Shown: positions 11,701-25,024 of the stretch, one piece after another
How the letters are laid out: the number at the start of each line of letters is the position of its first letter
How positions within the stretch are numbered: position 1 is the first letter of the stretch
NCBI GenBank assembly: GCA_052327205.1
Contig: CM126208.1
Coordinates: forward strand, 53,382,001 to 53,446,000
Direction: 5' to 3'
Source: Somniosus microcephalus
Lineage: Eukaryota
Length of the DNA stretch: 64,000 nucleotides
Made by a program: the position numbers and the translations under genes
The notes under the pieces: generated by a model
What the model was told of the DNA's origin: nothing
What the model saw: only the letters and a program-made list of their open reading frames with translations
Databases searched by the model: none

Positions 11701-12116
11701 AGGGACTTTAGATTTACAAAAATAACTGAAGAAGCTTTATTTATGATTCTGTAGATGTGATTCTCAATCTCCAAACACCTGAATTCAACATGAAAAAAGC
11801 ACATCAGCTCCGTACCCCACCTGAGTCAACCATCAAACCAAGAATTCATCCTAACCGATTGAAGCTGCTAGCAATACACCAGCAATATTTTCTTCAATAA
11901 GAGCTGTTTCTAGAGTTTTCTTTTTTCAGAAACTGTTTCTCTGGCCAGTTTCATTCCAAGATAGCTCACCCACCCTGGGCTACTTCACATAGTTGGTGAG
12001 AGTTTAACCATTTCTTCCAGACCCCTACTGGTGCCTCAGGTCATTCATGACTGAAACTAAAGCAGGAAAACCTTTCAAGTAGTGATTGAAGGAAAGCACA
12101 GCGTGCAGTTCAATAT

Positions 12117-12350
12117 AGAAACAGAAAATGCTGGAAACACTCAGCAGGCCAGGCAGCTCCCATGGAGAAAGAAACAGGGTCAACGCCTCAGGTCGACAAC
12201 CCCGCGTCAGAATTGGAAAAAGCCATGTAACAGATTTTAAGCCGGTGTAGAGGCAGGGAAAGGGGCGAGGGGAGGAAAGAACGAACGGGAAGGTCTGTGA
12301 TAGGGTGGAAGACAGGAGTGATTGAATGATGAAAGGGCTGATAGTACAAA
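12117..12350 (-). mobile_element. Penelope 3'-end fragment
   Basis: acagaaaatgctggaaacactcagcagg motif shared with the 3' end of the Penelope at 53265. Confidence 0.7.
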
Positions 12351-13347
12351 GGGAAGAGTTTTAAAATTTGAGAAAAATCTCTCATCAATGGTCTGCCAAA
12401 TAAAAGGTATACATTTGCACAAGAAAATGCCAGTATTGTACTTCTGCATTGGCATCAGCTGCAGTACTGACATGTGCAGAACTAAACCCAATGGCCTAAC
12501 ATTCTTATGTTCAGAGTGGACTAGATCCACGGCATGGGTCAACTTCAAATGAAAGCTGGCTTCATTTGGATGCATATCAAATTAAAATTTGCAATGTTTA
12601 CATGCTGCACTTTTGGCATGCATTCACAGTCAACCCAAACTGACTGATCCCGTCACATACATCAGGCCACCAGAAATGAATGTAATGGATTAAATCTGCT
12701 GCACAGTGTGTTCACATTGATTTTTTTTCAGGGAATAGTCTCATGCCTCATTGGATAACTGTACCTTGGCGTAGTACTGAACCATATTGACCAGGAAGGA
12801 TTCCAGGTTCAAACTCTGAACTGAGCTGAGTGACCAGATATCCGCCAAGGTTGGGATGGAGGCCCCGCATAAGGTTGGCGGTGGGGGGGCGAATTCAGTA
12901 AATATTCCCTCTACTGATCGCTGTCCAGTAATCCCTGCTGGGAAGTTTACACAGGTAGATAAAAGGTAAGGGTAGGATCTGGCTCAGCTGTGGTCTCCAC
13001 ATTCACTGTCGCACTCTCTGTCTAAGCTCACACGTAAAGAATGATCATTTTAGCAGGCTGCCCGAGAATGGTTGGTGTCCATGGATTTGTGCACCAGCAA
13101 GAGCCAGTGTCTTCAGGAACAGAAACAAAAAATTCTTATTCTTATTTGATGTGGTTTTATCTAGATTTTAAAAATGAAGATCAAAAACTTTCTCTTGAAG
13201 CAACACTTTTTAAAATTGGTAGAATTGTAATATGATATAATTTGCAATTATATATAATAGATTATTGAAGAGCAGCTGCCTTTTATACTTCTAAAACAAA
13301 AAAAAATTAACTTCTGAGGTACAAATGGAAACATATCTCCTCCTCAC

Positions 13348-13453
13348 AACGTTGAAATCTGAATGCTCTCATGAGGAGTTGATCCAGACTGCTCTCAGGC
13401 AGATTGAAGTATCCAGACCGACAGTAACATTGATAGAGGCTCAAAAGGAATCT
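13348..13453 (-). pseudogene. Pseudo-exon RFLLSLYQCYCRSGYFNLPESSLDQLLMRAFRFQR
   Basis: ttcctttacccag acceptor, gtgagg donor, open frame, phase 0 to 1. Confidence 0.7.
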
Positions 13454-14078
13454 CTGGGTAAAGGAATGTTGCTCAGACAAACCAATCCAGCATTTTATAA
13501 AAAGTGGGGGGGAAAAGAGGAGTGTGAAAACAGTTAGTGGTTTGTCGAAAAGTAAATCACCCGATTAATACCAGACACGGAAGCGCTGCCACATGAGGTA
13601 ATTTATTTTTCTATAAACTGCAGGGTTACATGGTGTGTTTTTTTATTTTTACTCCATTGTTTATTTAAATTATATTTTAAAGATTAAGACAAGCTCCTTC
13701 TTCAAGCAGTTGAACCATACAGATGAGGAAGGTTCCAGGTTGCATCTTTCATCAGTATTGAGTTAGCTGATCTCAGAAGGAGGGGACAGTGGTATGGGGG
13801 CTATAATTGGCTCCATCACTTTGAGGAATGGAGAGAAAGTCTACTAGGAGTACTGCTGCAGATTGTATCCAGCAAGTATATGAACATCAGGCGAGTTCAA
13901 CAATTTCAGATAATTATCCCTGCCCCCATTTTTCATGCAGTATGATTTTTGCCATTCCCATTTGCAACATTTTATCTTTCCTGCCTCTTACAAAAGTACA
14001 GGATGTTCTTTCTATTTCTTCCTCCCCTCCTAACCCCCCCCCCCTGTCTCTGCACCTGCTTAATATCTGTTACATCTC

Positions 14079-14326
14079 TGTTAAGTCTGTGTGTTCCAGT
14101 TATATTTAAGGTCAATTACTGACACAGACTACAAGAATAACTTTTCAATAGGTCTTTACTATTCGGAGGTTAGGGCTGTACTACCCAGCAAATTACTACA
14201 CAGCACTTATATACCGGTGTGGTCACCACCGGTATTACCGTATACAGCAGCCAGAGAAAGTAGTACATCTCTTAAGGCGGAACAGGTTTAAGTTCTCTTA
14301 AGGTGGAACAAGTTACATACACCACA
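14079..14326. mobile_element. Solo LTR (248 bp)
   Basis: TGTT...CACA termini with perfect 5-bp TSD atctc. Confidence 0.8.
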
Positions 14327-14342
14327 ATCTCCAGCTTTTTCC

Positions 14343-14379
14343 AGTTCTGATGAAGGGTCCCAGACCTGAAACGTTAACT
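14343..14379 (+). ncRNA. Minimal type I hammerhead ribozyme-like motif
   Basis: AGTT-CTGATGA-stem(GGTC/GACC)-GAAA-CGTT-AACT. Confidence 0.65.
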
Positions 14380-15244
14380 CTGTTTCTCTCTCCACGGATG
14401 CTGCCTGGCCTGCTGAGTGTTTCCAGCATTTTCTGTTGTTATTTGAGAATAGGATCAGGCTCAGCTGAAGTGTTGAGCATTCTGTTGACAGGCACTGCCT
14501 AGGACCATACAATCTCCCAGAAACCTCCATTCCCATTGCTAACTAAGATAGTCATGCAGAATGTTGAATATATCTGAAATAAAAAGAAAATATTCTGGAA
14601 CTGCACAGCTGGCAGATCAGCATCCATAAGAGAAAAGGTAAGTGAACAAAAGATAAGTGAATTTCTATTTCATGTGCGTTCTTGTATTGAAATTGTTGAT
14701 CAACATATTAACTGCTTTTACTGGGAGTCTAATTCACAAATCCATAACTTGTTAAGGAAAAATGGTGGAAGGCTGCTGTGTGGTCCATGGTGAGGTTATT
14801 GTACTATGATGAAGTTGACACAGCAGTCAGGACACTCAATGTGGAAGACAACTGAAGCACACACTAACTTCATGTAGATAACAATTGAGGGCCATTACTG
14901 GGTACAGTCATCACCAGGTCACTCTGATACACCTTTTTATTTGAGAAACCTGTGTGAAAGGCAAAGGCCCACAGTGCATATAGCACCAAGGTTGAAAAGA
15001 GCAGGAGAAAAGACAGGATACAGGCAGTTAAGTGGCTGTATTCCCCTTCCCGCCTCCAGGAGATGGGACCCGGCGGGGGTCGGCTACCCGCCTCCTGGGA
15101 AGATGGCATGGAGGTGGGTTGGGTGCCCGCCCCCAGATTCTGCCATTTTCCCGGCAGTCCTGCCTCCAAACTCGCCTCCCCAGGGCTGGCAAAATCCAGC
15201 CCTCGATTTCAACACTGTGAAGATGAAGGGAAGAGTGTGAAGAA

Positions 15245-15495
15245 ATATAAGGATCTTGCATTTATGTAGCACCTTTTACATCCTCAGTATGTCCTAAAAT
15301 GCTTTACAGCCAATGAAACACTTTTTTTTGAAGTGCAGTCACTGTTGTAATGTAGGAAATGTGGCAGCCAATTTGCGCACAGCAAGGTCCCACGAAAAGC
15401 AATGTGATAATAACCAGATAATTTGTTTTAGTGATGTTGGTTGAGAGATAAATATTGGCCAGGACACCGGGTAGAACTGTCCTGCTCTTTATAGC
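15245..15495 (-). mobile_element. Deu-domain SINE 3' part (another fragment at about 15735-15890)
   Basis: gcagtcactgttgtaatgtaggaaat...gcagccaatttgcgcacagcaag. Confidence 0.7.
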
Positions 15496-15997
15496 CAATT
15501 AAGTACCCTTGAGTACAGGATATCATTTGAAGCTCTGGATAAACAAGAGGGGAAAAGTCACAAGGGCACTGACCACAATAGAAAGAGAAAGACGAGAAAG
15601 ATTCTCATGAAGAAAACAGCAGTGTACGGTATCACGGTCTAGTGAGACACGGGTTTGATCTGCTGAGTTAGCAATCTCAGCACTATTCCTTACGAAAGAC
15701 GCCAAACAGAGATCAGTGTCGACCTAATGGGGAAAGAAAGAATGAAAGAAGAAAGAACTTGCATTATTCTAGTCCCTCAAGACACCCCAAAGCACTTCAT
15801 AGCCAATTAATTACTTTTGAAGGGCAATCACTGTTGTAATGTAGGGAAATACAGCAGCCAATTTTCACACAAGGTCCCATAAACAGTAATAACAGATGGG
15901 ATGAAACTGCATCCTATCGTTCCATGGCGCTTCTGAGAAATGTAAAGCTTTTAAGGAATGAGCCTTCTTCAATCTAAAGGTAACTTTATGTACCCAC

Positions 15998-16092
15998 AAA
16001 TAAATCATCAAGTAGCTATATTCTGGGCGGATTATTCACAATTACTTCACGATTTTCCTGGGCGATTTCCGATGTTATTTTCTTCCCATAAT
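15998..16092 (-). pseudogene. Pseudo-exon (D)YGKKITSEIAQENREVIVNNPPRI*LLDDLF
   Basis: ttcttag acceptor, gtgggt donor, phase 1 to 0, one in-frame TAG. Confidence 0.7.
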
Positions 16093-17999
16093 CTAAGAAT
16101 AATAAACACTGCCGTCTGATTTTCGTTAGAAGAACGTCAGAGTAGAAGATGAAACATAACACAGTTCCACCACATCTGCCCAGTTTGTGAGTAGAAATTA
16201 AATAACAAATGACTCTAAAAAGTAGTTGACTTGCCAACCTGGGGAGGGGGTGTCAGGAGTCTCATTACAAACACAGAACCAGAAATTAATCATAGTGATT
16301 CTCTCTAACGGCAGTGTTTAATGTCTACTCTGCACAAATGCCAGTATAATTGTTACAGGGCCATTATATTATCAGTTCCATCTCTGAAATGTTGCCCACC
16401 TCCATTTCTATCTCATTCCCACTGCTGCTGAAACCCTCTTTTTGCCTTTGTAACCTCCATATTAGGCTTTTCTAATACCCTGCTCGCTGGACTCTCTCAA
16501 CCTACATACACTCCAACTCACCCAGAGCTCTGTTGCTGATTAAGTTTCATTTACCTATCACCCATCTTTGCCAATTTTCATTAGCTCACCATTCATCAAT
16601 GCATGAGCTTCATTTTGGTTAAAAGAAATAACACCAGTAATTATATTATGAATGGAAATAGGCTGGTTCTGTGAAAGAGCAAAGTGATTTGGAATAGAGG
16701 ATCACAGGACATTAAGGGCTGAGCCTCAGGTTGCTGCGGCTGTTAACAAAAAGCTAATGGCATTCTAAGTTCTTTTACATGAAATAGACATTGTAAAAGT
16801 CAATTAGAAACATAGAAAAATAGGCCCTTCGAGTCTGCTCCACCATTCAGTATGATCATGGCTGATCCTCTATCTCAATACCATATTCCTGCTCTCTCCC
16901 CGTACCCCTTCATGCCATTTGTGTCTAGAAATCTATCTATTGGTAATGATGTCCTTAGAATCTTCCACACACTTTTGGCCCCATCCTCTAATTCCTTTCC
17001 TAGCCTTGCTTGGGTCCAACCTCAAACAGGAAAGTGAATAAATATAAGGGGTACTAAAAATCTATACCATTAGAGGGGCATATCTGGCATGATTCTGCAG
17101 AGAGTGACCAGAAATTGGACTGGGACTCAAATACATAGGTCAAAGCCTCTGCTGGTAGCTTGTGGAAGGATCTGTTTTGGGCAGAAACATTGTCCACCCA
17201 AGACATGGTCCCTGACATATCAGGTGAGATGGGGTCGAATGGGAGGGAATTCATATGCTGAGAATGTCCCTGCCCTTGGCGTTTGCTGGGCCCTTGGTAT
17301 GGCAAATGTGGGACCCACCTCAAAGTCCAGGCCTGGCTCCTGAAGAAAATAGGCAGCTGTGTGGAGAGAACAACCCCTTTATAAAAGAGTGTGGTTGCTT
17401 GCCAGACATATGGTCACGAGGTACTTTGGCAGGGTGTGTTATGCCAGTGAATTTTTATGGTCAAGCTGTTGATGCACAGCAGTTTCAGATACAAATCCTG
17501 ATCTGACTTTCCAAATACAATGAATCCAAGAGACATGATCACTTGCAGTACCTAACTGGACCCTGGCACAAAGCTGGTCCAATGGACATCCTGAATTCCC
17601 ATTTCCATCCCTCCCCCACTTTCTGGGACCCCTGACTTTCTGCCGCTTTCCGCCGGCCTACCTCCCGTTTTGGGCAGAAAGTCGGTAATGATGCCCGGAC
17701 GTTAAAGTCGGCTGGGCTTCCCATTAGCGCTCCGGGATGGGCTGGCTGTTCATTAGGCCGCTTTCTTGCCCGAGAGTTAAAATTCCCACCGTTGTATCTG
17801 CAGTATAATAGCACCCTCATAAAGCAGAAATTGGGACTGTTAAAACAGAAGCTTATATTTGGATTATCTAAGAAATTTGTTTCTTTGACAAACAATCTAC
17901 CCCAACAAAAAATAATATCACACAACCCTCCTCTTTGGTGTCTTCCATACACACAGGTTTTAAAAAAAACGAAGTTTATTCACTTCATTGTTAAGTGCC

Positions 18000-18778
18000 A
18001 CCTTTTATCAGTCAGGATTCAAGCCTATTCCAGGAGTTGAGCACAAAATCTAGGCTGACCTGCCAGTGTAGTACCGACAGAGTCAACGGTGCTATCCTTT
18101 GGATGAAATAGTAGCGAAGTGGTTATGTTACTGGACTTGTAATCCAAAGGTCTGCCCTCATAATGCTGAGAACATGAGTTCAAATTCCACCATGGCAGTT
18201 TGCGAATTTTAATTCTGTTTGGAAAAAAAGCTGGAAATTAAAAGCTGGTATCAGTAAAACTGACCATGAAGCTGTTGGATTGTTGTAAAAACCCACCTGC
18301 TTCACTCAAGTCCTTTAGGAATGGAAACCTGCCGTCCTTAAATGGTCTGGCCTCACACCAACGCGGTTGACTCCCTGAAGTGGCCCAGCAATCCACTCAG
18401 TTTCTAAGGATGGGTATAAATGCCAGCCTTGCGAGCGAAATGCACACATCGAAAATGAATTAAAAAATGCTAAATAGAGGCCATTGTCTGTCTATTTATT
18501 TTTGGTTCAGGCAGGTGGTAAAGATCCATTGCACTATTCATAGACAAGCAGGGAGTTCTCCTGGTGTCCTGGCCAACTTTCCTCCCTCGACAAATGGCAT
18601 AAAAAAAATCATCAGATCATTTGCTGTTTGTGGAATCTTGCTGAGTGCAAATTGATTGCTGTATTTGCCTACATAACAATAGTGACTACACTTCAAAAGT
18701 AAATCATTATGAAGTGCTTTAAGATGTTTCATAGAAATATGATACGGCACTATATAAACGCAAGTTCTTTCTTTCACT
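18000..18778 (+). mobile_element. Deu-domain SINE with a second tRNA-derived SINE nested at about 18110-18467
   Basis: Deu motifs flank a tRNA-like head (gttcaaattccacc); the inner tail resembles the LINE end at 36630-36700. Confidence 0.65.
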
Positions 18779-18886
18779 CAGTAAACCTATGAATAAATAA
18801 ATCTAAATATAGGTTTGTGGCTTCTAGTTTGAGGGCACTTGTGCACATTCAAGGTCACTTGTGTAACTCAAGAAGCAACAGTTTAC

Positions 18887-18954
18887 CAATTATAGCCCCC
18901 AAAATGCATTCAACGTTTGCTTTGCTATACTCGTGAGATCAATTTACTTTAAAA
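18887..18954 (-). pseudogene. Pseudo-exon FKVN*SHEYSKANVECILGAII
   Basis: ttttgtttcctag acceptor, gtaaac donor, phase 2 to 1, compatible with both neighbours. Confidence 0.7.
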
Positions 18955-20945
18955 CTAGGAAACAAAAAATGTTTTTGCCCACTTCAAAAACACTACAAGC
19001 CTGCACTTTGTGATGTCAACTGTTATTAATCTCTTTTCTACGATGAAAGGCATGAATAATGCAAATTTAACCAGGTCATTTAATGTTGACTGTGAGCACA
19101 GAATGAAACGGCATGGGAATAAAATTAACTCTCAAGCCAGAGATTAGAATATTATTTTTCCTCTGAGTAGAATAGTCTCAGTAAAAGTTGTAAACATTGG
19201 CTCAGTTAATAACTTTAAAAAAACTGGATAATTGTTAGGTTAAGAATGATCTAGAGATGAAGACAGGCAGAGAGGCTCAAGTGCTCCACATAACACGATA
19301 TTTCTGGATCAATCTTCGCTTGTATTGCCTGGCGTTAATGGTGCTACAGTGGCTTCAAAATGGTGTCGGTCACCTTACCGACCCATTAACACCGATGAAG
19401 AGGCTGCCGACATTTTGAAAAGGACCTACTGCTGGGCACCCGAATCGCCTGCCTGTTTCTTGAGACCTTGAATGCCATTGTAGGTCGACACCTAAAAGCA
19501 ATGGAGCCTAGGAGGCCCAGCGAAGTAAGTTTATGAGGCCCAAAGGAGCAGGAGTGCTCCTGCCCATCCCAGGACCCCCACCCTCTGCGATTGCAACCCC
19601 CTCCCGCACCTACCTTGCTGGTGGCTGGGGTGGCCAGATATTGGGAGGCTTCAATCCGGTGAGGTGCAGATCAGGACGCCTTTTTGATGCTCCACAGCAC
19701 ACCAGCCCGATGTTAAGAGGCCGATGCTTCAAATGGCGGCTGGCTCTTTGTCACTGGTATGGGCGACCGGATGGCGTGCTTCATGACCCCTTCCTGTGTT
19801 CCATTAAAATCTTATCTGTGGAAAGAAAATGGTCAGTGTTGAATAATATAGGTTGTAAAATTCTCTAAGTATATTTGGGTGCCAGAGAAATTTCACGTGT
19901 TACTATCTTGGAGATTTTACCTGCATGTGTTCCTCTCATTCAGGAAATTGAGTGGTTTGGGGAGAGTCTCTCATAAGATCAATTGCACCTGTCATCAATA
20001 GTAGGGAAAATGCTAGAAACTATTATTATGGACGTGGTAACAGGGTACTTAGAAAATCATAATGGGCCAGCATTTGCAGTGGGTAATAATGGAGAACTAA
20101 CAGCATTTGCCGTTATTACCCCTTTGAAACTGACCACAACTTCAGGATGTAGTGCATGCATATCTAGTGAGACCACAGCTGGAGTACTGCGTAGTCTTGG
20201 GGGTTGAAATTGGATTAGGCACGAAAACAGGCGTGAATCACAAAGCGCGATCTGCGCAAGCCTGCTGAAAGTGGTGCAGGTAGCACGCAAAATTCAATGC
20301 CAACCTTCTAACCCCAGTACAGCTCAGGCTGGCTGAAGCTTGCAAATCAATCGAATATGCCATGAAGAAATGCCCAAATAGAATGTATGCACAGATCAAG
20401 TATGATGGGGAGAGAGTTCAAGTATATAAGAATAGGGACACCTGCCAATACTACAGCAGGAGCCTGAAACCTGTATTGCCACATAACGTTTCTCATTTAA
20501 GGCATTTCACTGACTACACTGATTCCCGGCTATGGGGGCCAGGGGGGTGGCGGCACAGCGCAGCCAATGTCGGGCAAGTGAATGATTGACTGCAACTTCG
20601 GGATTTACGTGTTTAGATGCACATGCAATACATCCTGAAGTTGCCGCGCTGGAACAGACTGTGCTGGAGATAATTGGAGGGGCCATTACTGAGGCCATGG
20701 CAAGCGGCGAGGCTGAAAGCACTGCTGATGACGGTATACTCATACCTAATCCTTCTTCTCACATCCCACTTCCCCCTCATCGCACAATCTCTTCTCACTT
20801 ACAAGCTGCTGAGGGTGTAAGCAGGCACAGCTTGCATCCCCCCCCACCGCCGCCCTCACTACCACGCGACCCTTGTGCCTTTCTCGTTTCAGATACCCAA
20901 GAAATGCTAGCAGCCCAGCCAGTCCCCAACCAAAATGGCACTGCA

Positions 20946-22068
20946 CATAGAAACATAGAAAATAAATAGGAGCAGGAGTCATAGAGTCATAGAGTTATAC
21001 AGCACAGAAAGAGGCCCTTCGGCCCATCGTGTCTGCGCCGTCCATCAAGCCCTGTCCAGTCTAATCCCATTTTCCAGCATTTGGTCCATAGCCTTGTATG
21101 CAATGGCATTTCAAGTGCTCATCCAAATGCTTCTTGAATGTTATGAGGGTTCCTGCCTCTACCACCCTTTCAGGCAGTGAGTTCCACATTCCAACCACCC
21201 TCTGGGTGAAAAAGTTCCTCCTCAAATCCCCTCTAAACCTCCTGCCCCTTACCTTGAATCTATGCCCCCTTGTTATTGACCCCCCTACTAAGGGGAAAAG
21301 TTCCTCTTTATCTACCCTATCTATGCCCCTCATCATTTTGTACACCTCAATCAGGTCCCCCCTCAGCCTTCTTTGCTCCAAGGAAAACAACCCCAGCCTG
21401 TTTAGTCTTTCTTCATAGCTGAGGCGCTCCATCCCAGGTAACATCCTGGTGAATCTTCTCTGCACCCTCTCCAAAGCAATCACATCCTTCCTATAGTGAG
21501 GCGACCAGAACTGCACACAGTACTCCAGCTGTGGCCTCACCAGCGTTTTGTACAGCTCCATCATAACCTCCCTGCTCTTATATTCTATGCCTCGGCTAAT
21601 GAAGGCAAGTATCCCATATGCCTTTTTAACCACCTTATCTACCTGTTCCGCTGCCTTCAGGGATCTATGTACATGTACACCAAGGTCCCTCTGACCCTCT
21701 GTACTTCCTAGGGTCCTACCACTCATTGTGTATTCCCTTGCCTTATGGACCTTCGAACCTGCTCCGCCATTCAATATGATCATGGCTGATCCTCCATCTC
21801 AATACCATACCCCTTGTTGCCTTTTGCGTCTAGAAATCTATCTATCTCCTTCTTAATTATATTCAGTGACTTGGCCTCCTCAGCCTTCTGTGGTAGAGAA
21901 TTCCACAGGTTCACCACCCTCTGGGTGAAGAAAAATATCTCCTCATCTCAGTCCTAAATGTCCTACCCCGTATCCTGAGACTGTGACCCCTCATTCTAGA
22001 CCCCCCAGCCAGGGAAAACATCCTCCCTGCATCCAGTCTGTCTAGCCCTGTCAGAATTTTATACGTTT
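20946..22068 (-). mobile_element. Two nested CR1 3' fragments (inner about 20978-21745)
   Basis: ORF 21061-21783 has [18 protein letters not shown] and RRLRGDLIE; microsatellite tails. Confidence 0.9.
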
Positions 22069-24019
22069 CTAACTTTAGAGGGTAATATAGAGGCAGGATC
22101 TGCATGTGGTGAGTCACCAGGCACGAGTGGGCTGCAGCCAGGCCAGGGGGAAAGGTTAGCTCGGGTGCCAGCTCCCCGGAGGGCGAGTTCGCACACGAGT
22201 TCTGCTGCACTGGACTCGGATGAGGACTTTGATAGGGCAGCCTTCAGAACAAGGGTGATAGGCATGCACACAGAAAAGCTTGGTCCAATGGCAGGTCTAC
22301 CAGAGAACCCCTTGTTAGTGTCAAGGATCATGGAGGTGTCCAGCTCCAACATTGCATGGGGCTTTGCGTGGAGCTTGGAGCCCATAATTTCCACGGTGGA
22401 AGTGATGGCAACTCCTTTAGAGCACTTGTGGGCCCAACCATCATGCTGGGTGTGATGGGTGATGTCGCAGCTTCCATTGCAGCACTAGCGTAGGCGAGCC
22501 AACATCTGAATGCTGTTGCGAAAGCTCAGACTGCTCTCATGCAGTGGAAGCTTACTGCCACGCAAGCTCAGACTGATGCCATCATGGCTAGGTTTACGAG
22601 TGTGGAACGGGGTTTGCAGGGTCTCTCAGCAGTCCAGCAATCTGTCCTCCAACAGATGGCTAGGAATGCTGAGACGCCGGCCCGCAGGAGTGGCAGTGGC
22701 TCCGTGGAGCAAGAAGCTGCTGTCCTTTCTCAGGATGACAGCATTTGTACTCCCAGCACTGCTACTCCGCCAGTGCCCTTGTTGTTGTTGCCTGTCAGCC
22801 AGCCAGCCCAGAGTGCTGCCGCCCATGTCGAGGGGGTGCAGTCTACAGCCGGGCCTTCTAGGCCCAGAGCTGCTCAAGGTCACCCTGCAAAGCCATCTGT
22901 AGTGTCCCCCACGGAAATTCAGCAGCCTTCCACCAGCCATGCTGCAACCATGGTGGTAGCACTGCGTAGGAGCACTAGAATATGCAAAGGAGCACGAAAG
23001 ACAGACACTGAGGCAATGCACAAGGGTGGTTAGTTGACTTTGTTATGTAGTATTGGATTGAATCATTTATAAATTATGTTTGGAATGTTTGTTTTGTGGT
23101 GGCTTTCATTTCAGCTTTGTGCCCAAGAGGACGCTGTGATGTTCCGTGACCGAGGGATGGTATGGTGGGAAGTTTTGAGCAACGGGGATCAGGGATCTCA
23201 TTCATTGGAATCAAAGTCTGGTGAAGCACTCACGGACAACCTGTCTGAAATGGGGATTTGCTGCTGCCTCCTCCCTTCCTCCTCCTCCTCCTCTTTCTCC
23301 TCCTCCTGAGATGGTCGCAGAATCTGGGGTGGCAAGGGCTATGCCCTCATGATGTGCAGGATACAGCAGACCACTACAAAATGGGACACCCGCTCCGGCA
23401 TGTACTGGAGAGCTTCTCCCAAGTGGTCAAGGCAGCAGAACAGTTGCTTTAGCACCCTGATGGGAGGTAGTCATCAGCCAGGCGTACAGCGGGTAGCCCT
23501 TGTCTCCAAGCAGCCACCCTTGGGTTCAACATGGTGGCTGGAAGATTGCTAGTACACCGGACTGGCGCATGAAGGCATCATGACTGCTGCCAGGATACTG
23601 GGCATTCGCCATCATGATGTGCTGGGCATGGTCGGCACACCAATTGCCTTTAAGTGACTGGTAGCTTTTTAGGTTGCGGTACAGCTCAGGATTGATATGC
23701 GGTGCCCGCAAAGCCACGTGTGTGCAGTCGATGGTGCCGTGCACCTAGCAGAAGCCCAATACCCTGGCAAAGCCACATGCGTGCTGTTACATAGTTATGT
23801 TGGGACTACATTGTACAAGTGTACTAACACCCAAATCAAGGTAGCAGCACTACGGTGCTGGGAAAGTAGTAGCAGGCACCACACTGTGGCACTTGGTGGT
23901 ATCACTCCGCACCATGAGGCAGCAGCCATTACTTAGCAAATAAAACAGTAGTTTATTTTCCAAACTACAGAGTCCAGAGTCGTCTTTACAAAGCACTACG
24001 AGTGCTAGAAGACATAACA

Positions 24020-24032
24020 TGGTGGCAGCGGT
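24020..24032 (+). promoter_or_regulatory. Primer binding site complementary to the 3' end of tRNA-Leu
   Basis: TGGTGGCAGCGGT directly after the 5' LTR. Confidence 0.8.
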
Positions 24033-24139
24033 ATAAGTGAGTACAACTTACGCATATAAAAAAACGATATCAGATTGAAGAAAGAAACTTAAAAGTAAAC
24101 TCTGCAGCGTTTTAATCGCAAATTGTACGGGCAGCTAAA

Positions 24140-25024
24140 ATGGCGGTGTCCAATGCACTGACCGCGAATATGCTCCCCATCATGAACTGGGAAGCCGACG
24201 ATATCGTGGAAGCTTTCCGGAAATTTAAGCAAAAATGCGAGCTTACATTTAAAAGTTTTCTGAAAGGCTCCTCCGATGAGGAAAAAGTCAGCTACATTCT
24301 ACTGTGGGCGGGAGAAAAAGGCTTAGATCTCTATAACAGCTGGTGTTTATCCGAAGAGGATAAAACGAACCCTACGGAGATTTATGAAAAGTTCAGTAAC
24401 CATCTCGAGCCTAAATCAAACCACCGCATACACAGGTATAAATTCCAAAGCTTAAGACAGGAACCTGGTGAAACGGCTGACAATTTCCTGACGAGATTAA
24501 AAAACGAAGCCAGCAAATGCAAGTTTACGGAACTAGAAGAAAGGCTGGTAGATCAATTAATGTGGGGCTCGGCACATACAGAAGTGCAAAAAGAACTAAT
24601 AGGAAAAGAAAAGCTCGGAATATCAGAAGCCATCGATACAGCGAGGGCTCGCGAAGCCACAAAACAACAGCTAAAAACACTGAATACTCATACGGCTGAA
24701 GTGCGGACAACTCCCGAACTGGATCACAGAGTAGATGCAGTGCGCAAAAAGCACAGCACACAAAAACAAGTATATGACAGCGGGAAGAATATGTGTAGAA
24801 GCTGCGGAAGACAACACGACTACACAGACAGAAGAAAATGCCCAGCGTATGGAACAAGCTGCAACACGTGTGGTAAAGCAAACCACTGGCAAAAGATGTG
24901 CAGAGCTAAAAGAGAGGGGCTACACACCAAAAGCAGAGGCGGACAACAGAACCATCAAAGAAAAACAAAATCCATACCATGGGTGAGCAAGACGACGAAG
25001 ACTGCGGGTACGACAAAGCTCTGA
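24140..25024 (+). CDS. gag: Gag with two Cys/His knuckles
   Basis: 294-aa ORF; CRSCGRQH...CPA and CNTCGKANHWQKMC. Confidence 0.9.
   Translation: MAVSNALTANMLPIMNWEADDIVEAFRKFKQKCELTFKSFLKGSSDEEKVSYILLWAGEKGLDLYNSWCLSEEDKTNPTEIYEKFSNHLEPKSNHRIHRYKFQSLRQEPGETADNFLTRLKNEASKCKFTELEERLVDQLMWGSAHTEVQKELIGKEKLGISEAIDTARAREATKQQLKTLNTHTAEVRTTPELDHRVDAVRKKHSTQKQVYDSGKNMCRSCGRQHDYTDRRKCPAYGTSCNTCGKANHWQKMCRAKREGLHTKSRGGQQNHQRKTKSIPWVSKTTKTAGTTKL

Larger units (their letters stand above)
5505..12050 (-). pseudogene. Large pseudo-exon split by a Harbinger and a nested CR1 insertion (pieces 12050-11701, 9929-9777, about 5525-5505)
   Basis: Acceptor tttcag at 12051. Reads ...EAPVGVWKKWLNSHQLCEVAQGG*AILE*NWPEKQF/KKTLETALIEENIAGVLLAASIG*DEFLV*WLTQVGYGADVL/FHVEFRCLEIENHIYRIINKASSVIFVNLKS|LYLVCSCRSSTLLNRVYSGL*LGCGRYPCYIVGFLQC*EHFFCLKSMPQL. 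Removing the Harbinger plus one AGG TSD keeps the frame. Donor AG|gtaagc at 5505. Confidence 0.7.
13960..14445 (+). mobile_element. Penelope 3'-end fragment with hammerhead motif, interrupted by a solo LTR
   Basis: ctgatgaagggtcccagacctgaaacgtt followed by cctgctgagtgtttccagcattttctg. Confidence 0.7.
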
